The position numbers and the translations under genes were made by a program. This document shows, piece by piece, positions 46,788 to 55,289 of a stretch of 64,000 nt of DNA; positions within the stretch are counted from its first letter, which is position 1, and the number at the start of each line of letters is the position of its first letter. This DNA is from an uncultured Solirubrobacterales bacterium (GTDB lineage Bacteria; Actinomycetota; Thermoleophilia; Solirubrobacterales; Solirubrobacteraceae). The stretch lies in contig CAVPVP010000001.1 in NCBI GenBank assembly GCA_963709205.1, positions 100,570 to 164,569 of the forward strand. Direction: 5' to 3'. The notes beneath the pieces are model-generated. The model did not search any database, had not been told where the DNA came from, and was given only the letters and a program-made list of their open reading frames with translations.

Positions 46788-47324
46788 TCACAAGACGAAC
46801 GGGATGAGCATCTTCGTCGCCGCCTTGTACTTGCCATACGCCGCGGGGAACGAGTCCGTCATCAACCGCTCCTCGACCGTCGCGCTGTAGACGAAGTAGG
46901 CGCCGGCGAGAACCAGCGCGATCAGGAGGTAGAGGTTCGTGGCCAAGGCCGTACCGAGGACGGCCAGCAGCAGCCCCGAATAGATCGGGTGGCGGACGTA
47001 CCGGTACGGGCCCGAGGTGACGAGCTCCGGCTCCTCCTTCTTCGTCATCGGCATTCCCCAGTTCCGTCCGAGATAGACCCGGGCCCATACCGCCAACGCC
47101 AGGCCCGCGACGAACAGGACGGTCCCGACGACCTGAAGGATCAGACTGTGCACAGCCAGGGTGTGCGTGTTGAACAGGCGCGTCAGTAAGAACGCGAGGA
47201 TGAGCAGGAGTCCCGGCGCACGGAGGCGTCCGGTGCGGACGCCCTGCTTGGCGCCGAACGCGGCGATGAGCCAGTAGATCCAGAACACACCCCACACCGC
47301 GAAGATGACGCCTCTCAGGACCAT
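46788..47324 (-). CDS. Isoprenylcysteine carboxyl methyltransferase family protein
   Basis: LVTSGPYRYVRHPIY, EE, IPFV. Confidence 0.9.
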   Translation of the reverse strand: MVLRGVIFAVWGVFWIYWLIAAFGAKQGVRTGRLRAPGLLLILAFLLTRLFNTHTLAVHSLILQVVGTVLFVAGLALAVWARVYLGRNWGMPMTKKEEPELVTSGPYRYVRHPIYSGLLLAVLGTALATNLYLLIALVLAGAYFVYSATVEERLMTDSFPAAYGKYKAATKMLIPFVL

Positions 47325-47417
47325 GGCCGGGAGGCTAGGACCGCCGGGCGCCGGGCGTAAGTGGCGACCGGCCGAAATCGACGGTGACATCTGTCACCTG
47401 TGTCTTCGACGTTCGGG

Positions 47418-48308
47418 TCACGGCGCTGCTCGCTGCTCGAGCGTTTCGAGAAGCGCTGCGGCGGCCGCGCTCAGGCGCCGGTGCGACGGCGTAGCGATCG
47501 CGACCTCGAATTGCGGGACGTGGCGGCGTATCGGAACGACCGTGATGCCGTCTAAGCCGTCCACGAACGACGGAGGCAGCAGCCCGATCGCGAGACCGTG
47601 TCGGATGAAGTCGATCATGCTCGCGGTGTCGTTGACCTCGAAGGCGACCGTTCGCCGCACCCCGGCGGCGGCGAAAGCGCGGTCGATGGCCATCCGCGTG
47701 CCCCAGCCGCTCGGCAGGTCGACGAGCGTCGCCTCTGCGAGCTCGCGGAGCTCTATGCCGGCACGTTTGGCCAGCGGATGGTCCGTGGGAACCACCAGCG
47801 CGATCGCCTCGCGCGACAACGGGGCTAGCCGCACCCCGGCCCAGCGCTGGCCCGGTAGGGCCAAGAACGCGAGGTCGATGCGGCCCTCGCGTACCTCGTC
47901 GGCGATCGCGCTCGACCCGCCGGCGTGCCGGACGTTGACCATGACGTGCGGATGCTCGGCGCGGAACGCGGCCAGCAGCCCGGGGACGTCGAACGCGTGC
48001 ATGGCCTGCGCCTGCATCGTTCCGAGCACGACCGTGCCGCGGAGTCCGCCCTTCACCTGATCGACGGCTTCGCGCGCCGCCGCCGCGGCAGTCAGCGTTT
48101 GGCGCGCTTCCGGAAGGAGCACGCGGCCGGCGTCCGACAGGCGGACCTGATGGGTGGTGCGGTCGAACAGCGTCACGCCGAGGTCGCGCTCGAGCGTCCG
48201 TACGCCCGCCGAGACGGCGGACTGCACGATGTGCAGGCGGTCGGAGGCGCGGGTGAAGCTGCCCTCCTCGGCAACCGCGACGAACGTCCTGAGGTGGCGA
48301 AGCTCCAT
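47418..48308 (-). CDS. LysR family regulator
   Basis: MELRHLRTFVAVAEEGSFTRA...QSAVS...LFDR. Confidence 0.95.
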   Translation of the reverse strand: MELRHLRTFVAVAEEGSFTRASDRLHIVQSAVSAGVRTLERDLGVTLFDRTTHQVRLSDAGRVLLPEARQTLTAAAAAREAVDQVKGGLRGTVVLGTMQAQAMHAFDVPGLLAAFRAEHPHVMVNVRHAGGSSAIADEVREGRIDLAFLALPGQRWAGVRLAPLSREAIALVVPTDHPLAKRAGIELRELAEATLVDLPSGWGTRMAIDRAFAAAGVRRTVAFEVNDTASMIDFIRHGLAIGLLPPSFVDGLDGITVVPIRRHVPQFEVAIATPSHRRLSAAAAALLETLEQRAAP

Positions 48309-48320
48309 CCAGTTACCAGC

Positions 48321-48339
48321 TTATCGCGATATGCGATAA
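48321..48339. promoter_or_regulatory. LysR T-N11-A dyad operator
   Basis: TTATCGC-GATAT-GCGATAA between the divergent lysR and MFS genes. Confidence 0.7.
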
Positions 48340-48393
48340 CCGTAAACGGTTATTTGCGTTGAATTCGATTTCCGCGCGGTCCATCCTCAACTC

Positions 48394-49716
48394 ATGAGAT
48401 CGCGAGCACTTGGGTTCTGGGCCGTAGCGGTCGCGTTCACGGCAACCCTCGCCTTCACCACTGTGCCGACACCGCTCTGGTCGCTGTTCGCGCAGCGCGA
48501 CGGCTTCTCTTCGCTCGTGGTCACGGTCGTGTTCGCCGCGTACGCCGTCGGCGTCGCCGTCAGCCTGTTCCTCGCCGGCCACGTCTCGGATTGGTACGGC
48601 CGCCGCCGAGTGCTGGTGCCTGCGCTGCTGCTGAACATGCTCGCCGCGGTGGTCTTCCTGTTGTGGCCGGAAGTGCCGGGGCTGCTCATCGCCCGCATCC
48701 TCAGCGGCCTCGGGATCGGCGCGGTCACCGCGACCGCGACCGCATGGCTAGTCGAGCTTCACACCGACCGGCGGCGAGGCGAGGTCGTTGCCGCCGCCGC
48801 CAACCTCGGCGGCCTTGGCGCCGGCGCCCTCGTGTCGGGCATCCTCGCGCAATGGGTCGGCCACCCGCTGACCGTCCCGTTCCTCGTGTTCATCGGCGTG
48901 CTGGCGGTCGCGCTGCTACTCGTCCTCAGCGCACCCGAGACGCGACCGCCTGCCCAGCCACGGCCGGCGTACCGTCCGCAGCGCGTGTCGGTTCCCGCCG
49001 AGTCGCGTGGACGGTTCTTCGCGGCGGCGACGGCCGCGGCGATCACCTTTGCGCTGTTCGGCCTGCTGACCTCGCTCGCACCCACCTTCCTCTCGGGAAC
49101 GCTGCACCACGGCTCGCGCGCACTCGCCGGCGCAACGTCGTTCGCCGTGTTCGCCGCCGCCGCGGTCGCTCAGGTGCTTGCCGGAGCGCGCGAGCCACGG
49201 GTATTGCTCGCGCGCGCGGTGCCCGCGATGCTTCTCGGCCTCGTGCTGCTGACCCTCGCGGTGTGGCTCCCGAAGCCGAGCCTCGGCGTGTTCCTCGCGG
49301 GAGTGCTCGTCGTCGGCGCCGGCAGCGGCCTGATGTTCAAGGGCGCGATCGGCACGGTGGCCGCGCTGGCAGGCCCGGATAATCGGGCCGAAGCGCTCGC
49401 GGGCGTGTTCCTCGCCGCCTATCTCGGCCTGGCGGGGCCCGTCATCGGCCTTGGTCTTCTCACGCAGATCCTGACCGCGCGGTTGAGCCTTCTCGTGTTC
49501 GCCGGGCTGCTCGCCATCGGGCTGGCGCTCGCGACTCCGCGGCTGCTCGGCCGTGGCGACGACACACACGAAACAGGAGGCACCAATGCAGATCACACAG
49601 CTGAAAACCACCCAGCTCGGGGACACCGGTCTCGAGATCACGACGATCGGGCTCGGGGCCTGGGCGATCGGAGGCGGGGGCTGGGAGTTCGGGTGGGGAT
49701 CCCAGGACGACGATGA
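48394..49716 (+). CDS. MFS transporter (true end probably near 49600)
   Basis: PTPLW, GHVSDWYGRR, about 12 TM helices; tail overlaps the next gene by about 130 bp. Confidence 0.85.
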   Translation: MRSRALGFWAVAVAFTATLAFTTVPTPLWSLFAQRDGFSSLVVTVVFAAYAVGVAVSLFLAGHVSDWYGRRRVLVPALLLNMLAAVVFLLWPEVPGLLIARILSGLGIGAVTATATAWLVELHTDRRRGEVVAAAANLGGLGAGALVSGILAQWVGHPLTVPFLVFIGVLAVALLLVLSAPETRPPAQPRPAYRPQRVSVPAESRGRFFAAATAAAITFALFGLLTSLAPTFLSGTLHHGSRALAGATSFAVFAAAAVAQVLAGAREPRVLLARAVPAMLLGLVLLTLAVWLPKPSLGVFLAGVLVVGAGSGLMFKGAIGTVAALAGPDNRAEALAGVFLAAYLGLAGPVIGLGLLTQILTARLSLLVFAGLLAIGLALATPRLLGRGDDTHETGGTNADHTAENHPARGHRSRDHDDRARGLGDRRRGLGVRVGIPGRR

Positions 49717-50554
49717 GTCGGTTCGGGCGATCCACCACGCGCTCGAGCTCGGGGTCAACTGGATAGACACCGCCGCCGCGTACGGCTTCGGCCGATCCGA
49801 GCGGATCGTCGGGCACGCCCTCCGGGACATCGCCGAGGGTGACCGGCCATATGTGTTCACCAAGGCCTCGCTGCTCGAGGGGCCCGACCGGCGCGTCGTG
49901 CACAGCCTGAAGCGCGACTCCATCCACCGCGAGGCCCATGCCAGCCTCGAGCGCCTCGGCGTCGAAGCGATCGACCTCTACCAGATCCACTGGCCGATCC
50001 CCGACGAGGACATCGAGGAAGGCTGGTCCGCCCTCGCAGAGCTCAAGTCGCAGGGACTCGTGCGCCATATCGGCGTGTCGAACTTCGACGTCGAGCAGCT
50101 GCGGCGGATCCAGCAGTTCGCGCCCGTGGAGACGCTCCAGCCTCAATACTCGCTGATCGAGCGGGACATCGAGACGGAGATCCTTCCGTTCGCCGAGCGC
50201 GAGCGGATCGGGGTGATCGTCTACTCCCCGATGGGCTCCGGGATGCTCACCGGCGCGATGACCGCCGAGCGGATCGAGCATCTCGACGAGGACGACTGGC
50301 GCAAGCACGATGAGCGCTTCACCGAGCCGCAGCTCTCGCAGAACCTCCAGCTAGTCGAGCGGCTCCGAGCGGTCGGAGAGCGCTACGACGTGACTCCCGG
50401 CGCGGTCGCCGTGGCGTGGACCCTGCGCCACCCCGCGGTCGACGGCGCGATCGTCGGCTTCCGCCGGCCCGACCAGGTCGACCCGATCCTCGTCGCGGGC
50501 TCAATGGAGCTGAGCGACGAGGACGTCGCCGAGATCGAAGGCCGCGGGCGGTGA
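49586..50554 (+). CDS. Aldo/keto reductase
   Basis: GLGAWAIGG, WIDTAAAYG, DLYQIHWP, IGVSNF, YSPMGSG; RBS AGGAGG. Confidence 0.93.
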   Translation: MQITQLKTTQLGDTGLEITTIGLGAWAIGGGGWEFGWGSQDDDESVRAIHHALELGVNWIDTAAAYGFGRSERIVGHALRDIAEGDRPYVFTKASLLEGPDRRVVHSLKRDSIHREAHASLERLGVEAIDLYQIHWPIPDEDIEEGWSALAELKSQGLVRHIGVSNFDVEQLRRIQQFAPVETLQPQYSLIERDIETEILPFAERERIGVIVYSPMGSGMLTGAMTAERIEHLDEDDWRKHDERFTEPQLSQNLQLVERLRAVGERYDVTPGAVAVAWTLRHPAVDGAIVGFRRPDQVDPILVAGSMELSDEDVAEIEGRGR

Positions 50555-50599
50555 GCGCCCGCCGCGGAGTCCTTTAACACCGTCCGACCGTCGTCGCGT

Positions 50600-51670
50600 A
50601 TGTTGGGGGCCAACGTGCCCCCAACAGAGCCCCAGCCGATCCTCAGCCACCCCACCGAGTCGGCCATCTTCATCGTGCTGACGGTCCGGTCCGGGTCCGA
50701 GGCGGGCGTGGCCGATCTCCTGGCGGACGCCTCCGGGATCAAGCGCTCGGTTGGGTTTCGCGTGCCCGAGGCCGAGCTGACCTTGGTGGTCGGGATCGGC
50801 GCGGGTCTGTGGGATCGGGTCAACGGCGGCCCCCGGCCGGCTGGACTGCACCCGTTCCGCGAGCTCGTCGGATCGCGGCACACCGCCGTCGCCACGCCCG
50901 GTGATCTGCTGTTCCACATCCGGGCTCATCGCTTCGACCTGTGCTTCGAGCTGGCCCAGCGGCTGACCGACCGCCTGCGTGGGCTCGCCGATGTCGTCGA
51001 CGAGGTACATGGGTTCCGTTCCTTCGACGACCGCGACGTGCTCGGGTTCGTGGACGGAACCGAGAACCCGGAGGGGGTGGCGGCCACGGAGGCGGTGCTC
51101 ATCGGCGACGAGGAGCCGCCCTTCGCGGGCGGCAGCTACGTGATCGTTCAGAAGTACGTTCACGACCTCGCGGCCTGGGATGCACTGTCGACCGAGGAGC
51201 AAGAAGCGGCGATCGGCCGCACCAAGCTCAGCGACATCGAGTTCCCCGACGAAGACAAGGCCTCCAATTCCCACCTCGCGCTCAACGTGATCACGGGCCC
51301 GGACGGCGAGGAACGCCAGATCATGCGCTTCAACATGCCGTTCGGCCGCGTCGGCGCCGCCGAGTTCGGCACCTACTACATCGCGTACGCGCGCACGTCA
51401 GAGCTGATCGAGCTGATGCTGACCAACATGTTCATCGGCGATCCCCCCGGGAACACCGACCGCATCCTCGACTTCTCCACGGCGGTCACCGGGAACCTGT
51501 TCTTCGTCCCGCCGGCCGATCTGCTCGAGAGTCTGATTCCCGACCCCGCCGACCCCGCCGACCCCGCCGACCCCGCCGACGCAAGCGCCGCGGCGCCCGG
51601 TCCCGAGCCCGAACCTGAGCCCGGCGACGGATCGCTCGGGATCGGCAGCCTCCGCCACCAGCCGGGCTAA
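50600..51670 (+). CDS. dyp: DyP-type peroxidase with encapsulin cargo-loading peptide
   Basis: GFVDGTEN, GGSYVIVQKY.H, AIGRTK, FSTAVTG; P/D/A/E linker; C-terminal DGSLGIGSLR. Confidence 0.93.
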   Translation: MLGANVPPTEPQPILSHPTESAIFIVLTVRSGSEAGVADLLADASGIKRSVGFRVPEAELTLVVGIGAGLWDRVNGGPRPAGLHPFRELVGSRHTAVATPGDLLFHIRAHRFDLCFELAQRLTDRLRGLADVVDEVHGFRSFDDRDVLGFVDGTENPEGVAATEAVLIGDEEPPFAGGSYVIVQKYVHDLAAWDALSTEEQEAAIGRTKLSDIEFPDEDKASNSHLALNVITGPDGEERQIMRFNMPFGRVGAAEFGTYYIAYARTSELIELMLTNMFIGDPPGNTDRILDFSTAVTGNLFFVPPADLLESLIPDPADPADPADPADASAAAPGPEPEPEPGDGSLGIGSLRHQPG

Positions 51671-52374
51671 CCGGCCGCGGCGCGATACGCCACGCACGTC
51701 GCCAGCGCGACGGCGGCCGCGACCGCGAGTGGAAGCGTCAGACCCGTCCTGAGGAGCAGCGCTCCGGCGACCGCGCCGGCAAGCATCGCGACGACCGCGG
51801 AGACGCGCCGGAGGCTGCCCTTCCCCGTCCCGCCGGCGAGGGTCGAGTCGGCCGCCAGCCCGGTGATGGTCATGGTCAGAACGGTGGTGGTGAGATCGGG
51901 GACGGCGAGGCGCCGGACGGTTGCGTTCCGTACGCCCATCGCGGTCGCCATCAAAGCGATAGTCGCGTCGGCGGCGAAGCTCGCCGGGTGCGGGTCGGTT
52001 GCGGCGGCGAGAACCGCTGCGCCGGCCAGGAGTGTCGCCTCCAGCCCGAGCGCGTAGGAGAGGTGAGCCGGATGCCGATCGGCCATCCGGCGGGCCAGCG
52101 CGCCCCCGATCCCGGATCCGACGACGAACGCCGCCAGCGAGACGATCGGCGACACCACCGGGAGTCCGCCGGCGCGCGCGATCCCGAAGCCGAGGAGCAC
52201 GACGTTCCCCGTCATGTTCGCCGTGAACACGTGCCCGAGCCCGAGATAGCTGACGGCGTCGACCGTGCCGGTCGAGAAGGTCAGGGCCAGCAGCGTGAGC
52301 GACAGCGGGTGGCGGAGGTTCGCCGCCGCCTGTTGGGCGAGCGTCGCGGAAGCGCTGGCCTGGCCGCTCGACAT
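51667..52374 (-). CDS. YoaK/DUF1275 family membrane protein
   Basis: G.VDAVSY.GLG.VFTANMTGN, AMGVRNA, TTTVLT. Confidence 0.88.
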   Translation of the reverse strand: MSSGQASASATLAQQAAANLRHPLSLTLLALTFSTGTVDAVSYLGLGHVFTANMTGNVVLLGFGIARAGGLPVVSPIVSLAAFVVGSGIGGALARRMADRHPAHLSYALGLEATLLAGAAVLAAATDPHPASFAADATIALMATAMGVRNATVRRLAVPDLTTTVLTMTITGLAADSTLAGGTGKGSLRRVSAVVAMLAGAVAGALLLRTGLTLPLAVAAAVALATCVAYRAAAG

Positions 52375-52482
52375 CGTGGCGCGCAGGGTACGCGCGGCCG
52401 CTGACGTTCCCGAGCGCGGCACCGAGTGACGGTGGTAGCGTCAGCGCGTGGAGCCGCTTCTCAAGCCCGCAGACTCCGGCTT

Positions 52483-54064
52483 GTGACGACGTCGCGGACC
52501 CGAGGGGAATCCGGTTGGAGCCCGCTTCGCTACCCGGCATTCCGCCGATGGTGGCTCGCCCAGCTGACCTCGAACGTGGGGAGCTGGATGCAGACCGTCG
52601 CGGCGCAGTGGCTGATGACGTCCCTGACAACGTCGGCGTTGCTCGTCGGAGCGATCCAGGCGACGAACCTCCCGGTGCTGCTGTTCTCCGTTCCCGGCGG
52701 CGTGCTCGGTGACCTCGTCGACCGCAAGCGGTTGGTCCTGTTCGGGCAGTTCGTGATGCTCCTCGCCGCGGCGGCCCTCGGCGGGCTGGCGGCCGCGGGC
52801 GTGGTCACCCCGGCCCTGCTGCTCGTCCTGCTATCCGGCGTCGGAGTCGGCCAAGGCCTCACCGGGCCGACAGCGACCACGCTCCAACCCGAGCTCGTTC
52901 CCCGGGAGGAGCGCTCGCAGGCGATCGCCCTCGGCTCGGTCAATCAGAATCTCGCGCGCGCGATCGGACCGGCGATCGGCGGCGCGCTGCTGGCGGCGAC
53001 CAGCGCCGCCGTCGTCTTCTTCGTGAACTCCCTCTCGTTCATCGCGGTGCTCGCCGCGGTCGCGCTGACCGTCGTGCCCGCCCGTGCCGCCCCTGCCGCG
53101 CGAGCACGTCGGCGGCGCGACGCGGGCAGGCGGTCGGTTCGTACGCAACTCGCCGGCGCTCATCGCGATCATGATCCGAGCGGCCGCGTTCTCGTTCTTC
53201 GCCGCCGGCGTGTGGGCGCTGTTGCCGCTGGTTGCCCGCCACACGCTCGGCCTGGGCTCGGGCGGTTACGGCCTCCTCCTCGGGTGCGTCGGCATCGGCG
53301 CGCTCCTGGGGGCGACGTTTTCGCCCTCGCTACGGCGGGCGCTCTCCCCCCGAGCGCTGGTGGCCGTGTGTGCCGCGGCCGTGGCCGGCGCCGCAGTCGT
53401 CCTTGCCGTCTCGCACTCGGCCGTCATCGACGGCGTGGTCTTGGTGCTCACCGGCACCGGCTGGATCATCGCCCTCGGGTTGTTCAGCGCCTCGTTTCAA
53501 TCGATCCTTCCGGCCTGGGTCAAAGCCCGCGCGATGGCCTACTACCTGTTGGCCTTTCAGGGAGCGCTGGGGATCGGCTCGCTCGCACTCGGTGGCATCG
53601 CTCAGGCCACCTCGTTGGACACCAGCCTGATCGTGCTCGCCGGCGGGGTCGCGGTCAGCACGGCCGCGACGTGGCCCCTGGCGTTGCCGAGACCGGGAGA
53701 CATCGACGTGACGCCGGCAGAAGCGATGCCGCTGCCCGACTTGGAGCCGACCCAAGGGCCGGTACTGGTCGTCGTGACCTATTCGCTCGCGCCCGGATCG
53801 GAGGACGAGTTCCTCGCCCAGAGAGACAAGCTGCGGCACTTCCGGGGGCGCACCGGCGCGTTCGACTGGCGTCTGTTCATCGACGGAGCGTCGCCGACGC
53901 GGTACGTGGAGACGTACCTCGTGGGATCGTGGGAAGAGCACGAGCGCCAGCACGCTCGCGCTACCGAACACGATCAGCAACTGCTGGCGCACATCGACAC
54001 GTTGCTGGCGCCGGGCACTCACCGCGAGGCCAGCCACTACCTCGCCGTGCCCGCGCACGGCTAG
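52483..54064 (+). pseudogene. MFS_3 (DUF894) transporter with C-terminal soluble domain, one frameshift near 53085
   Basis: SNVGSWMQ, NLARAIGPAIGG; continues in a second frame to SWEEHERQH. Confidence 0.8.
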
Positions 54065-54160
54065 CTGGTTCGTGCCCGCGTTCGTGGTGAACGGCACAGG
54101 GAGCCAGGTTTCGCTGATCCCGAGTTAGTAGACACTCAGCGCGCTGGGATACTTGGTCCG

Positions 54161-54829
54161 GTGGATAGCCGGGCGCTCGAGGTGCGCAACTTGACCTTCG
54201 CGATGTTCGTGGAGAAAGGGCGTGCGCCGACCGCCGATGAGGTCGCCCGGGCCGCGCGTCTATCCGATCGTGAAGTGGAAGAAGCCTGGCGCGAGCTTCA
54301 TTACGACCACGCGCTCGTGCTCGATCCGGGAACCACGGAGATTCGCATGGCCGCGCCGTTCTCGGCGGTGCCGACGTCGTTTCGCGTGAACGCCGCCGGC
54401 CGCTGGTGGTACGGCAATTGCGGCTGGGACGCGCTAGGCATCTGCGCCGCGCTGCACACGGACGGCCGGGTGGAGACCACGTGTCCCGATTGTGGTGACA
54501 CGGTGGCGCTCGAGGTGTGCGAACGGCGGATCGTCGACAAGGACGAGAGCCTCCTGTTTCACTGCCTCGTTCCCGCCGCCCACTGGTGGGACGACATCGT
54601 CTTCACCTGAAGCACGATGAGTCTCTTCCGGTCGGAGGAGCACATCGAGCGGTGGCTCGCGGGGCGCGCGCCAGGAGCAACGATCACGATGGCGAAGCTG
54701 AACGAGCTGGCGCACGCCTGGTGGAGTGACCGTCTCGCGCCCGAGTGGCAACCGCACACTCGTGAGCAGAACCAGGCGATCCTCGATCGGCTCGGACTGA
54801 CCAGCGACTTCTGGCGGTTGCCGGGGTAG
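54161..54829 (+). CDS. MerB-like organometallic lyase, candidate selenoprotein (UGA at 54608-54610)
   Basis: IRMAAPFSAVPT, YGNCGWDAL (Cys/Asp pair), CPDC, WWDDIVFT-[TGA]-STMSLFRSEEH in one continuous frame; SECIS-like hairpin after the UGA. Confidence 0.75.
54615..54647 (+). promoter_or_regulatory. Candidate bacterial SECIS element
   Basis: CGATG-A-G-T-CTCTTCC-[GGTC]-GGAGGAG-C-A-CATCG hairpin; apical loop begins 19 nt after the UGA; bulged U. Confidence 0.65.
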
Positions 54830-54836
54830 CGTGCGA

Positions 54837-55271
54837 TCAGGCGCCGGCGAGCTTCTGGAGCTCGGCGAACGTCTCGGTGTCGAGCAGCGCCTGACAAGCG
54901 TGCACGCAAGCCCGGCATACGGTCTCGGACAGGGCGCAGTGACGGTGATGGTCCGCGTGTTTGGCGCACTCGTCGGCGCAGGTCGTGCACACGCGGACGC
55001 ACGCCTGTAGCAATCGGTGGATGACGTACTCCTCAGAATGGGCCGGGCGCGACAGGAGTCGCGCCATGAGAGCGCACACGTCGGCGCAGTTCAGGCAGAG
55101 CGCGATGCAGTCGCGCATCTCCTCAACGTCGTCCTCGACGAGATCCGCGTCGGCGCAAGTGGTGCACGACTGCGTGCATCTGAGGCACGTATCGATCGCC
55201 GCCGCGACCAGCTCGGAGCCGAACGGGACGCCGGTCGGGACGGTGTCCAGCATATCTTGGGTGGTGGTCAT
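54837..55271 (-). CDS. Four-helix-bundle copper-binding/storage protein (Csp3/DUF326-like)
   Basis: Repeated CxxC/CxxxC along four helices (CLRCTQSCTTCADA, CIALCLNCADVC, CVRVCTTCADEC); no signal peptide. Confidence 0.88.
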   Translation of the reverse strand: MTTTQDMLDTVPTGVPFGSELVAAAIDTCLRCTQSCTTCADADLVEDDVEEMRDCIALCLNCADVCALMARLLSRPAHSEEYVIHRLLQACVRVCTTCADECAKHADHHRHCALSETVCRACVHACQALLDTETFAELQKLAGA

Positions 55272-55289
55272 GCCCGGAGGCTAACGCGC

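Noticed and set aside
51542-51577. 9-bp tandem repeat as a separate element
   Set aside because: It encodes the flexible (DPA)n linker before the DyP cargo peptide.
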